A stretch of DNA of 64,000 nt from Lama glama (taxonomy: Eukaryota). The notes under the pieces were generated by a model. The model had not been told where the DNA came from. It saw only the letters and a program-made list of their open reading frames with translations, and searched no databases. Positions 50,043 to 62,300 of the stretch are shown piece by piece (the stretch's first letter is position 1; every line of letters starts with the position of its first letter). The stretch covers positions 44,766,001 to 44,830,000 of the forward strand of contig CM052817.1 of assembly GCA_028534125.1 (NCBI GenBank), read 5' to 3'. The position numbers and the translations under genes were made by a program.

Positions 50043-52515
50043 ACTTGAATTATGTCTTTTACATCTGCTCGTGGCATCGCAGTTGCCTTTACCTGCTGAA
50101 TTCTTGGGGATTGACAGGCTGAGCTAGGAACGCTGCCTTCTGCTGGTGGCTATGTTCAAAGTAAGTGTGGATTGAGGAGTCAGACTCCTCAGGGGCCCTG
50201 GCAGGACCCCCCAGAAAGCCCACAGGGCAGTGTCCAACTGTCTTCGAAAGATAACACTTATATTTGTAGAATGGTAGAAACAGGTTCCCCAAGTTAGATC
50301 AAAATCAGACAGGCAAAGGAAACTCTGTTCCTAGTCCCTGAAGGTTGAGTCAGACTTGGAAACACCAGCCTAACCCAGGGTGACCTGGAAACATTCAGCC
50401 TGACCTGGGTCAACCCTGATGCAAAAGAATCTTTAGAATCTTGGCGAGCAAGACTGATAATGCCATAACCTTCCTTAAAACCTTGCACAGCTCCCCATTA
50501 GATAGAGAATACATTCAGGCTCCTCGGACTGACATTCAGAACCTCCCAAGGCTGGCCTGCTCACACAGTTCCCTTACTTCCCACTCCTTCTCCTCTCCAA
50601 TTGTATTATTCTACTTTCTATTTTTCCCTTCCATTCTCTTTCTTTCTGAATGTTGTTCATGTTCTACCATTCACCTAAAAATCGCTTAATAGTTAGTCTC
50701 CACTACTATCTTTGAAGTCTCGACGCTAACCACACGTCTTTCCAGAGATGAAATCTTTCTTTCCCCTTCTTATACCTCCAGTAGAGCTCCCTTCTAAGTA
50801 TCAAGCATTTAGCCTTTTTAGTGGGCATTATAGGTGCTTCAGTAATTATCCTACCATTTCCCCATTATGTAGTAGTCACTCATTTGGGGAGAATGACTGC
50901 ATGCAGCTATAATGATTGACTCTGGTAGAAACTACTATAATCGAATTCTACTCATGATTGGTTCAGGTATGGACAATAATCCAGCCTGAGTCAATCAGTG
51001 CATGGCATTCCCTAGGGATCTGGTTCAGAGTGGTCCAGTTCTCAATGCAAATTCAATGGCTGGAGGAAGGGAAGACTTTTCTCATGCCCTCAATGGTATT
51101 TATCACTATACTTTTTTATTGAAGTATAGTTGATTTATAATTTTGTGTTGGTTTGAACTGTACATCCAAGTGATCCAGGTATATATATCAGATTATTTTC
51201 CATTATAGGTTCTTACAAGATATTGAATATAATTCCCTGTGTTATATAGTAAATCTTTGTTGCTTACCTCATGATAATTTAAGATTAATTCTTTTATTCA
51301 CCAAAAATATTTGGGATGGTTGACTTTACCATTGAATTTGAGCTTCTGGAGGCTGTAAACCATTTACTGTCCTTCCTAGCTCCTAGCATAGTGGCTTACA
51401 AGGGGCTCTAAAAATGTTGGTTGAATTTGTATTCAATCTCTGTGGACTTGGAGGACACACACCAAACTCAACCATGGGCCCAGACTCCTGGATTTGTCCT
51501 TAGAATGTCTGGACTTTATTTTCCATGATACTGACAATATATGGAACAGGACTGGGACAGACAGACTAAATGTAAAGGATTAAATTAATCCTGAGTCATA
51601 CATATACTCACTGTTCTTTGTACCAAGTCAAGCCAACTTTTCCCTAAATGTGGACTCTACCAGACAATAGCAGTTTCTAACCTGTGTTATCACATACCAC
51701 CTTTGATCATCTCATTATGTGAAATAAAGATAATATGGAAAAGTTCCAGACTTGGTCAAGGTCACAAGACATCTAGATTACTTCTGAAATGCAGGAACAT
51801 TAGATAATCGGGCTTCTACTGGGGTGAATCATCTAATGTCTGTTTGTTTTCATTATTTTCCTGGAAAATTCTTGTGCTAACTAGAGAGTGACTTAACCTG
51901 AATAGCCAGCCTGACAGGCTTCTGTTGGTTTGGGACAGTAATTAAAATGTTTTTTAATCTCTCCAAACCACTTCACACATGTGCAAAATTCAAACTGATT
52001 ATTCCATTTTGTTTTGGTGTCAGAGCTTACAGAACAGTGGTAAGAGTGTGACCGCTGGTGCCAGACTGCCTAGATTTGAACCCTGGCTTTGCTACTTACT
52101 AGCCGTACAATCTCGGGAAAGTTATCTAAACTCTCAGTGTCATCATCTGTAAATGAGAATAATGCTGGTACTTACCTCATTGGATTTTGTGAAGTTTAAA
52201 TGAGTTACCATATGTAAAGTGCCTAGAACTGTATAGTTAAGGTCGCAGTAAATATTAGAGCTGTAATTCAGAGGATTTCTAATAGGGACTCCAAATAAAA
52301 CTAGTCAGTGAATTTCAGTGATTTGTGCCTCTGGAGACCCCCAGGCCAGCTCTGTAAGACAGCAGGACATGGTAATGAGGTGGTAATAAGAAAACCACTT
52401 TCCTTTCCCTCAGCAGGCTGACAGTCTCTTGAGCCCTTAACTGGGAATCTGAACCCCTAGTTACTAGCTTCTTGATCTTGGGCAAGCTATTCAATCTCTC
52501 TGAGGTTCTTCTAGT

Positions 52516-52655
52516 TTTTGTTGTTGTTTGTTTGGGTGGGGAGATAATTAGATTTATTATTTACTTACTTATTTTAATGGAGGTACTGGGGATTGAACCC
52601 AGGACCTCATGCATGATAAACATGCACTCTGCCACTGAGCTATAGCTTCCTCCCA
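52516..52655 (-). mobile_element. Vic-1-type SINE inserted in a MIR
   Basis: SINE core; flanking TCTAGTTTTT repeats. Confidence 0.83.
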
Positions 52656-53479
52656 TCTAGTTTTTTTTCAGATGTAATTACAGTAAAATGGGCATATAAC
52701 CCCTACCTCACAGGATTACTGAAAAGGAAGGAAAATATTTCAAGTGCCGACCAGTGTTCCTGACAAACAATAGAGGCTTCTCTCCTCAAAGCCCACCTTG
52801 AGTTTATTAAGGAGAGGTAGCTTGAAATTATATTTAATAAACTATTTCCCTAAAATGAAATTTATCTTAATTTAATTATACTATTTGAATCAGCCACAAG
52901 ACAATTTTAAAGAAAGACTAACATTCTCCAAAAAGACAGAAAGAAGGGGCATCATTTCAAACTATTCTTTATACAAATTCCACTGGTCCACTATATATAA
53001 ATGAAAACTGTTTACACACATAAAGATTTTAACTATTGTTTAATTGTCTTTATAATTTAGCATTTAAAAAAGTTTTCTGAGTTATTTTGTTGTGTATATA
53101 TTCAGCATTTCTATGTGTCAACTTTTTAGGGAGGTATAAAACCAATCTGTCTTATCTGAATAAAGCTTCTGGCCTTCTGTAAAGTTTCACATGAGAGCAC
53201 CAGCAAGTTTTGTCCGTCTTTGTAAATCTAATTTCTGTCCTATACAGAATACTTAAGAATGTTAATAATATTTATTGAACTCATATATAGTGCCAGGCAC
53301 TTTTTTTTGCTTCATCTCATTTAATCCTTAAAACATCTCCATCAGGTAAGTACTACATATTATTCCCATCTTATAGATGAAGAGTCTGACACACAGAGAG
53401 GTTAAGTAATTTGCCTAAGGTCACACAGCTACAAAATGATGGAAGTAGGATTCAAACACAAATGGGCTTTCGTGTCCAC

Positions 53480-53757
53480 TGACAATGTTGAACTTTATCT
53501 GAGCCCTGTGCTCCCAAAAAACAATTGAGATACCTCGTGGCCTTTTTGCATTCCAGCTAAAAGGACTGCCCTGCCTATGGGAAATAAGACCTGTCATCAT
53601 CCTAACTCAGGGCTCTCTTGATTACATGCCTCTATAAAACTCCAGACCGTCTATCTTCCTTTAAGACATTCATTCCTCCTTAATGAACATTTTTCCCATA
53701 GCAGTAGCCTGAATAAGATGATCTCTTTAATTTTCCAGTGTGTTTTTTGTCTTCACA
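53480..53757 (+). mobile_element. Short solo LTR (ERV1-like)
   Basis: TG...CA termini, TATAAAA box, AATAAG signal, 4-bp TSD CCAC at 53476-53479 and 53758-53761. Confidence 0.7.
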
Positions 53758-54974
53758 CCACAAACTTACCCACTCAGGAAAAAGTCCTCAGTATCTAAGA
53801 AAATAAAGTCCAATTCGGAGAGCCCTAAACTGCTGTCCGATACATAATGCCTTTTTTGGTAGAATGGCCCACACCCATTTCATCCGACCTCTCATAAGCA
53901 CTTCAGAAGTTTTTACCAACAGGGACAGAAGGCAGATAGATCCCTGAGAAGATGCGAGGTAAGGTGGCTATAGAAAATGAAGACTGCTAAAGCTGCCAGC
54001 TGTTGCTAAACAAAGTGTAAACAGATTTGAGGCTTTAAAAACAGAACTCCTTTCCCCAAATCAACCTCTCCTTCTTTCCGTGCGTCCTTCCCGCCCTCTT
54101 TCTTCCAGAATTTCACCCACATGCAAAGGTTCTCAATAGAAACCTTTAGCAAAATTTTTAACCAGCTCCACTGTGTACCACTGCACTACTTTCTAGGGTC
54201 TGGCAAAGCTCTCCATCTCACTCTTATAATCCACCATATCTGGTACTGTTGGTATCCAAGATTTTACTTTTTTTCTCAAGATTCAGAGAAAAGCTTTCCT
54301 TTTTCTTCCAATGTTTTGTTTTACCATAGATGGTAAACAAAACAAACTGTTTTTACAGTGTTCTTTTGGGGCAATTTTAATAAAGCTCTTAGTTAAAATA
54401 AATCTGGGAAATGTCTAGAAGAAGGGAACAAATATTGGTAAGGTCATTAATCAGAGTAGTTATATTATCAACAATAACTATCTAGGTGTCTGTTGTCATT
54501 GTCTCTTCTTTATTACAGAAATTATGGCCCATTCACAGGACACATCATTTCTTAGCAAGGGCTTTAGCTACACCCGGCATTTTTATAGTCATGATAGTAG
54601 GTAATATTTAACTTTGGATGACAGAATAAATAGAGAATTGGAGAGGTGTTCACCATTAGCAAGGAAAGAATGGGTTGGTTTATGCTGTCAACCCCATAGA
54701 AAATCTGGTGATTACACAGGACCCAAGGGGTCCCTTCAGGACAGAGCTGGGGGGGGTGGGACAGGGGGAAAGGGGAAAATTACAGAGATGATCAGAGAGA
54801 CATCCCCTGAGGCCCAGGAACTGGATGTTGTTTGGAAGGACTGGAACTCAATTTAAGAAGTAATTATTTTGCACCATCAAATTTTAAGATTTTATTTCAG
54901 AGACTTGGGCCTGCTTAGCCTCCTTAAGTTCTCTATAAAACTCAGGCGTTATATTTGACTGGGACCCTCATTCC

Positions 54975-55500
54975 TTTTTTCAAAAGCACTTATTGAGGTA
55001 TGATGCACATATAAAAAGCTGCACATATTTAATGTACACAAGTTGGTAAGTTTGGAGGTAAGTGTATACCCACCATCACCATGATCAGTGCCATAAACAT
55101 CCCTCTTTATTATTATTTTGTGTGTGTGAGATAAGAATACTTAACATAAGATCTACTCTGTTAGCAAAGTTCTAAGTATCCAATACAGTATTGTTAACTA
55201 TAGGCTTTCTGCTGGACAGTAAACCTCTAGGACTTATTCATCTTGCATAAGTGACACTTTGTACGCTTTGACTAAGACGACTCCGTTTCCCCCTCTCCTC
55301 AGCTCTTGGTAACCACCATTCGACTTTCTTCTTCTATAAGTTTGACAGTTTTAGATTCTTCACATAAGTGGTATCATGTAGTATTTGTCCTTCTGTGACT
55401 GACATGTTTCACTTAGCAGAATGCCCTCCAGGTCCAGCCATGTTGTCTCAAACGTCAGGATTTCCTTCTTTTTTAAGGCTGAGTAATAATATATCCACTG
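54975..55500 (-). mobile_element. L1MA-type 3' end
   Basis: YYSALKKKEILTFETTWLDLEGILLSE peptide and L1 3' UTR. Confidence 0.78.
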
Positions 55501-56802
55501 TATGGCCACGCAGCAGCCACTCCCTATATGTAGAGAGTATGTGAGGGGAGATGAGTCAACAGCACAAAGAGAGGACGTAATAATGCCAGTGTGCAGAGGA
55601 GGCAACACATCCTACAGGTCAGATAGGAGGAGGGGGTCCCAAGGGGCTTTGGAAGCTTGTGTGAGAATTCTCGGGGCTTTGGGCTAAGTCCCTGTCAATA
55701 GCTGCCGTGGGATGAAGAAGTTGAAACTGAGCAGAAAGCCAGCCAGGACAGGTGCTAAAAAGTCGCCAGCACTTTATGATTAGAAAGAAATTGCTGTGGG
55801 ATCACAGATCGCTGTTTTGGGAACATGAGGTTTTGGTTTGTTTTTTTTTAAGCTGTTTATATTTTCTGTAATTTAGATCCTTTTTGTTCTCTCTTAGTGT
55901 TTTGTATGTTTTTAAAATGCTAGTCTGGTCAGCTGTGCTAAGAGGAACCAAGAAAGAGGTTTTTGTCCAGTTTGGACCAGAGTTTTAAAGGGAAAGTGGC
56001 TTACCAACCGCCTGACATGGTGGAAACAACGGATGCTGTTGCATCAGGGAGAGAGCCTCAAAGGGAAGGTAAATTTAGGGCAGCAGAGTTAGAAACCCTT
56101 GTTAGGACATTCCCCCAACACCAAGATGTGTTTATCAAATATGGGTCCATCTTTTCATCCCCACAGTCTGTTACTCCCCTAGTGGCCCAGACAAGAGGCA
56201 AGAAGGGACCTCAATGAACAATGAGAAGGAACAGTGCATGGGATTGGTGGCCCAGGGCTGGAGTGGGTGAGTAACTATGGAGTTTGCTCTCCAGAATGGA
56301 GCCAACAAACAGAAAATCTGGTCTTTGTCAGGAGATGGGGGAGGGGAATTCAATGTAAGCATGAACCACTGGGTGCCAAATACTCAGGCGTGCAGGTTAC
56401 CAAATCTTTTTTTTTCAGTCAGTGAAGGAGAAGACACACATAGGCTGCAGAGGACCCCATCCAATGCCTAGGAAGGGGACAAGTGAGGGTTCCTGGGCTA
56501 ACACAGCCCCTGAAGCAAACTGGAGCACAGGACAGAACTCGGGTAGAGAGCTGGAATCTAAAGCAGAGATGGGAGCAGAAAAGACCGTAGTCGTGACAGA
56601 ATTGGGGGTGCCATGAAGACTGGGGACCATCCAGGCACTGTGGCACTGAGGCTTGGAAGAGTTAAATCCTTTCAGACCCCACCCAGGCCTAGTACTCTAG
56701 GGCTGCTGCTAGAAGACCTTTGGTAGCTACAGATCAGTAGAGCTGGGAATGGGCAGCCACTGTCACTGTCAAAGTCCCAGGCTCTGTCCTGCCCTCACAA
56801 TC

Positions 56803-57222
56803 TGTTCTGGTTATCTAAAACTGAGTAACACGCCAACATGTAGTGGCTTAAAACAACAACAGCCCTTTATTTTGCATTTCAGACAGGGCAAGGGAGGGAC
56901 CACTCTGCTCCATGTGTCTGGGCCCCATGACTCCAATGGCTGGGGACAGCACAGGGCTGGCAGGGCATCTTCCGTGGTCTCTCCTTTGTTCTCTCCAGCA
57001 TAGGGCCTCAAGGTAGCTGGGCTTAGCGGTGGCTCAGGGTTCCAAGAGCAGTAATTTCCAGAGACCCAGGCAGAAGCTGCAAGATGTTTATGATCTATCT
57101 ACAGAAGTTCCAGGATATGGTGATTTAGTGATTTCTAAATCCAGCCCAAGTTCAAGGGAAATGGTATAGATCCCACCTCTCGATAGAAGGAGTGTCAAAG
57201 AATTTGCCACTAGTTTTAATGC
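56803..57222 (-). mobile_element. Old MaLR LTR (MLT1 family)
   Basis: AGTGGCTTAAAACAACAAC...CCACCTCTCGATAGAAGGAG motifs. Confidence 0.65.
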
Positions 57223-58479
57223 ACCCCAGCATCTCACCAAATCCTCAGCAGGATCTCCCAGCTGAACTCCCTGTTCCCAGATTTTCAGCGATGGCGGCCA
57301 GGAGGCAGTAATGCAGAGAGTAGAAACAGTGAGGGCTTTGAAAGCCACCAGGCCAGCATTCTGGTCCAGGCAGGATCCACCACTCAGCAACTGGCTGAGC
57401 TTGTTAGGTTATTTATTACTTCTCAGAGCCATGGTTTCCTTGTGTGTAAAATGGGAATCTTACTACCATAGTGGCCAAGAAAATGTACTTCTCTGATCTT
57501 CCAGTGCAGAGCCTAACTGACCAACAGGCCTCAGCTACTGAACCCTAAAATCTAGCCTCTGATTCTCATCCACAGCTTGGTACAGAGGTCAGTTTCCTGG
57601 GGCTGTTTCCAGTCCGTGCCTAAGTACAAGAAGCCTATTTCTGAGGGATGCTGGACTCCTGGGACACGCCAGTTATACTCGAGGGCCCCTCATGGCCTTG
57701 CTGAACTGTCTTAGAGCTACACTGTCCTATAAGATGCTTCCTTCCACTCAACCTTTCTTGCCTCTCTTCTTCACAAAAGTCACACCTGTATCCCAGGTCC
57801 AGCTCCCTGTCCGCGTTCCCTTATAAGTCTCTTACATGGTGCTCCTGTCTGGCACTGCTGTGGGGGGACTGAGATGAACAGCCATCTCCTCACAAGGCTG
57901 CTGTGGGTATGAAATAGGTGTGTATAAGCACCTAGCCAAGGCCTGGTATACAGTTGACGTTCATTCAGCATTTATTGAGCTCCTGCTGAGTGCAGACTTT
58001 GGCCTGGCTGCCTGGCACATACTGGTGAGCAAAGCAGGTTCACCAACTGCTTGAAGCCTCTTGCTGAACCAACTGAGGCAGAATAAAGTCCCAACTCTCC
58101 TACGGGACACAAGAGCCCTTTAAGGTCTGATCCCAAGGGTCCTCCACACCTCCCACCCCACACTCTACACAGCTGAGCCTAGAGTAAAAAGGCACTTAAC
58201 TTCTTTTCCCCTACAATTTTGCTCTTTCTCCCACAATGTCTTAACACAGCTCTTTCTTCTCGCTTGTACACATCCTTCACGTGACAAACCCTTACACATC
58301 CTCCAAGACCCAGTTCAACTGTGGGGTCCTCGGTCCCCCGGGCAGAGGTGCTTGTCTGCACAGATCTCAGCACGCATTTCGTAAACGCACTGGTTACACG
58401 GTGCCTTAATCGCTCTAACAGTGTCCCCGCGAACATGAGCTCATCTAGAGCCGGGGCAGTGTCGCATCCATCCTGAATC

Positions 58480-59300
58480 CCCCGCGCTTGGCACTCGGTA
58501 GGCCTGCAGCTCGTATCTGAGGAGGGGGTGGAACAAGCCGAGGAAGCTGGGCGATTTTCCAGGGTGACCGCGGGGCCCGCGGCGAGGGGGCGGGGGCGTG
58601 GCCGGGGTCAGGGAGCCGCGGGCGCTGGGGGCCGCCCGGCCTGGCCGCGGGTCGCGCGGCCGAATCGCTGCGGCCGACGCGGGGCACATGACTGCGGGCT
58701 CAGCCTCCGCCCCGCCCGCTTCCCCGCGCAGTTGCGGCCTGTCGTCTCCCGGGGCTGCGGCGAGCCCGGCCGGCCAGCATCCCCGCCCTGCGCGCTCCCT
58801 CTCCCTCGCGAGCTGCGCCAGGCGCCGCGGCTGCCCCGGCCCGGGAAAGCGAAACCAAAGCGGGCCCTTCCACTCCCCGCCGGCCGGCCGGGTGCAGGGC
58901 GGTTCGCCCAGCCGCGGAGCCGGGAGCCGCGCGCACCGGCCGGGCCGCGGGCGTCCGACGGTCCCCGGTCTACCGGCCGCTACTGCGGCGGCCGCTCCTT
59001 CCTCCTTCCTTCCCGTCCCGTGGCCGGCCAGGCCCGTGAGCTGCGCGCAGAATGGGCAGGTGCTGCTTCTACGCGGTGGGGACGCTGTCCCTGCTCCTGC
59101 TGGTGACCAGCGTCACGCTGCTGGTGGCCAGAGTCTTCCAGAAGGCCGTGGACCAGACGATCGAGAAGGTGAGGCGTGGCGGGCTGTGTGTGTGTGCGCG
59201 CGCTCGCGGGTTGTTGGGGGGACACTTGCAACCCCCTCGCCCCCCACCCCCACCCCGACTGCTGAACCTTGTGCAGGGAGGATCTGGACCCTGGCGAACC
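58480..59300 (+). promoter_or_regulatory. CpG island / promoter and 5' UTR of SCARB2
   Basis: Very high CpG density; GC boxes GGGGCGGGG and GGGGCGTGGC at about 58587-58602; CACATGAC at 58685-58692. Confidence 0.88.
59052..59168 (+). CDS. SCARB2: SCARB2 (LIMP-2) coding exon 1, N-terminal cytoplasmic stub and first TM helix; gene continues beyond the window
   Basis: MGRCCFYAVGTLSLLLLVTSVTLLVARVFQKAVDQTIEK matches the known LIMP-2 N-terminus; Kozak AGAATGG; donor AAG|GTGAGG; 117 nt. Confidence 0.97.
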
Positions 59301-62300
59301 CTCCGGACTACAGCCTTCCTTTCTTCGTTGTCTTCTTGGGGTTGGTTGGTAAGGGTTAAAGAAGAATGGAGAGGAATGGGAATGACTATGTACCCTTTAT
59401 AGTAATAGAAGAGACTACAGATCTAGATATTTTTAAGGCTTTCACTTATTTTCTGTCATACTCCCTCTGCATCCCCACTACGTCCCCGTCTCTGTTGGAC
59501 TCAAACTCATTTCCCTTCCACTTCGTGAGGAAACAAAACTAAATGAAAGACATCACAGCCGCAGGTTGTTAGCTGTTTGCTGAGGCCTTTGAAGTGGTGT
59601 GTGGTCAATCGTGTTTTTGCCTTCTGGGCTGAGCAGCGCGCAGTCGGTAGCTAGGGCCAGGCCTCTGGGCTGGGTGACATTTCAGGCCATCAGAGTCTGT
59701 GCTTACTGGCTGACTTAGCTTGGTATCTTGCACCAATAGTCTGCATTGCTTTGTCTCATAGTGGATTCTTGCTCTTCTCAAAAAGCCATAAATTCCAGGC
59801 AAAGATGCATTTAGATTCTTAAAATAATCTGAGCCTGTGTCTTCCCCCTAGGTAAGAGAGCTGGAGAACTGGTCATTTCAAAAGACTTCTCTATCCTATG
59901 ACTGCAGTGATGGTCATTTCTTCTGCCCTTTCACCCACATCCAGCAATCTGTATGGAAGGGGGAACAAGGGAGAGTTACTGAGATCACTTGTTCCTTAAA
60001 AAAAGATGATTGGAGCAGTCTGTCTTGTTAGCACCCACAATCCCATGCTAACAAGAAAGCAATGGTTTACAGTTGCTATGGGCCAGATAAAAACACCCAG
60101 GCCTGGTCCAGTTTAATCACTGCACTTCCAGTTAGCAAAGTTGTCTCGTTCCAGGTGGCAACAGACATACACCTTTAACAGAGATTTTTAAAAGCCATCA
60201 ATGACTTGAAATCTGACAGTTAAAGGCAGCTTTTAAAAAAATGGCATGGCAAAGTATAGTTGAACTTTTTAAAAGTTCACATTGCCAAGAGGAGACGAGG
60301 CCCCAGTCTAAGCTTCTCAGAGGCCATTGTTTTCCCTGAACACCCATATTTAAGGGGGAAAAAAAAAACTAAACTGAATCTCTCCACTCCCATACACCTG
60401 CACATCCATGGCAAGATTGTTTAAGGATGTAGCCTCTTACTTGAGTGACTAGACTTAAGCAATCCAGTTATAGACAATTGGATTTTCTTGTGTGGCTTTG
60501 AAAGGCTGTTTCAGGAGAGCCCTGTGAGATGAGTGATCTCCCCAGTGTCTCAGATGTTACCAGCCTTCGGATGCTCTGTGGGTCTACATTTCACGAGGGG
60601 CAGGGCAGGGGGGCAGGGACAGTGGTTGTAAGGCAGCTTGCTTGGGGCTTGAGTTTTGTTGACATTTGATGATTGGCTTTTCAAGATGGTTTTTTCCATG
60701 ACGAATGGACTCTGATCCCTAATACATTATAGTACAGGGGAAGTAGACTTCCAGAATTGCCTAACCACAATAAGGAATAATGTGGTGTGTGAAACTTACA
60801 GGGCTAGTTTCAGTGAACAGGTGTGGGAATATTGTGAGTCAACCAGAAGTCATACATTACTATCATTACTGTTCTGCTCTCTCACCTGTAGGATAGTGGG
60901 AAAGAGTAAGGACCGCATGTCAACCCGTGGGCATGAATCCTGGCTCCACCATGTGCTAGCTAGGTAACCGTAGGCTAGTGCTTAATCTTTCTTAATTCTA
61001 GATTTCCCCATCTGCAAATGGGGATAATAACAACCCATGTAAATAAAGGGATTATAAGAGTAGAGAAAATGGGCGTACTTTTCATGGGATAGAGTTAGTG
61101 CTTTGTAAATGATAACAGTTTTATTTCTGTTAGAGGCCACATAAGCAAAGAAAAAATACACGAGATTTGAAGTCAGACAGCCTATGTTCAAATCCTAGCC
61201 CTGACATTTCCAAGCTTTTTGACTTTGGCCAAGTTACTTAACTGCTCTGAGCCTCAGTTTCATTACTCGGAGAAACGAAGATGTGAGCTGTCTTTGTCTC
61301 AGTGGTGCATTTATCGCAAAGCTTACAAAGCTTAAGCTTTGGGTCCTTCACTTGGACAGGCACTTCCAAGGCCTTCTACCTTCCTGTATCCAAAATTTTC
61401 TTTTTCTTAGGAAGGGCCTTGGCACATTGTATAAGCTTCACACATACCCTAAATCTGCCTGTGTGTGTGCTGAGACTGAGTAAGGTGGTCTCTGTAAAGC
61501 ACTGAGCACAGTCAGGCACAGAATAGGAGGGCAGTTATTGCCGCCATCATTATTTGCATTAGTCTTGTTATGGAAAATTTCATTCAAAACTTTAACACAC
61601 TTGTAGTATGCTCCACCCTGATACTCCCAGTTCTTAATTTTTTTGCTTGAAGAGTGTCCATGTCCTGGCTTGTCTACATTGAAAAGAGAAGAGAGAAAAG
61701 GGATGAAATTCAACTGAGTAGGTTGGTCTACGAGTGAGACGCTAAGTGACATAATTCCTACTAGAAGAATCTGTCTTGTAATAATTGTCCCTGAGCCCTG
61801 CAGTGACTAGCAGTGATTAGAGGGAGACTTCAATTTTGACCGTTGGATAGAGTGGGGGGAACTGAGACAATGTGGTTCCATTCTTGGCTTGTTATGGTTA
61901 TGCCTTGCGTTGAGAAAGCCCTGTAATTATTTCTCTGTACTGTTCTCAGTTGCAGAAGAGGCAGAGTCATGTCTCTGTTCTTGTCTACCCACACTCCAGT
62001 CCTGGGGGACACGCTGAGCATTAACCATGCCTTTTCTGTGGAGCATTTTGACCTCCCTGAAGACAGAGCTTTGCAGAGACCCAGCAACCTGTTTTCCTCC
62101 CTAGAGCCTGGAAGGGTGGGATTTTATACTTCATTTCTTTTGGTAACCCCACTAATTGTCCTGGCACCTAGTGTAGTACCTGGTACACGGTAGGTAGCTA
62201 AATGCCTACTGCCTCACCTTTGATCGTTTTAGTTGAAAGAACAGTGTCCTGCGAGTCAGCAGAACTTGGTTAAAATTTCTTTTTCTGTCACTGACAGATT

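Noticed and set aside
58441..59359. Long Ala/Arg/Pro/Gly-rich ORFs on both strands, including an out-of-frame ATG at 58688
   Set aside because: Expected from stop-codon scarcity in a CpG island. The ATG is part of the CACATGAC promoter motif and probably lies upstream of the TSS, though this cannot be verified here.
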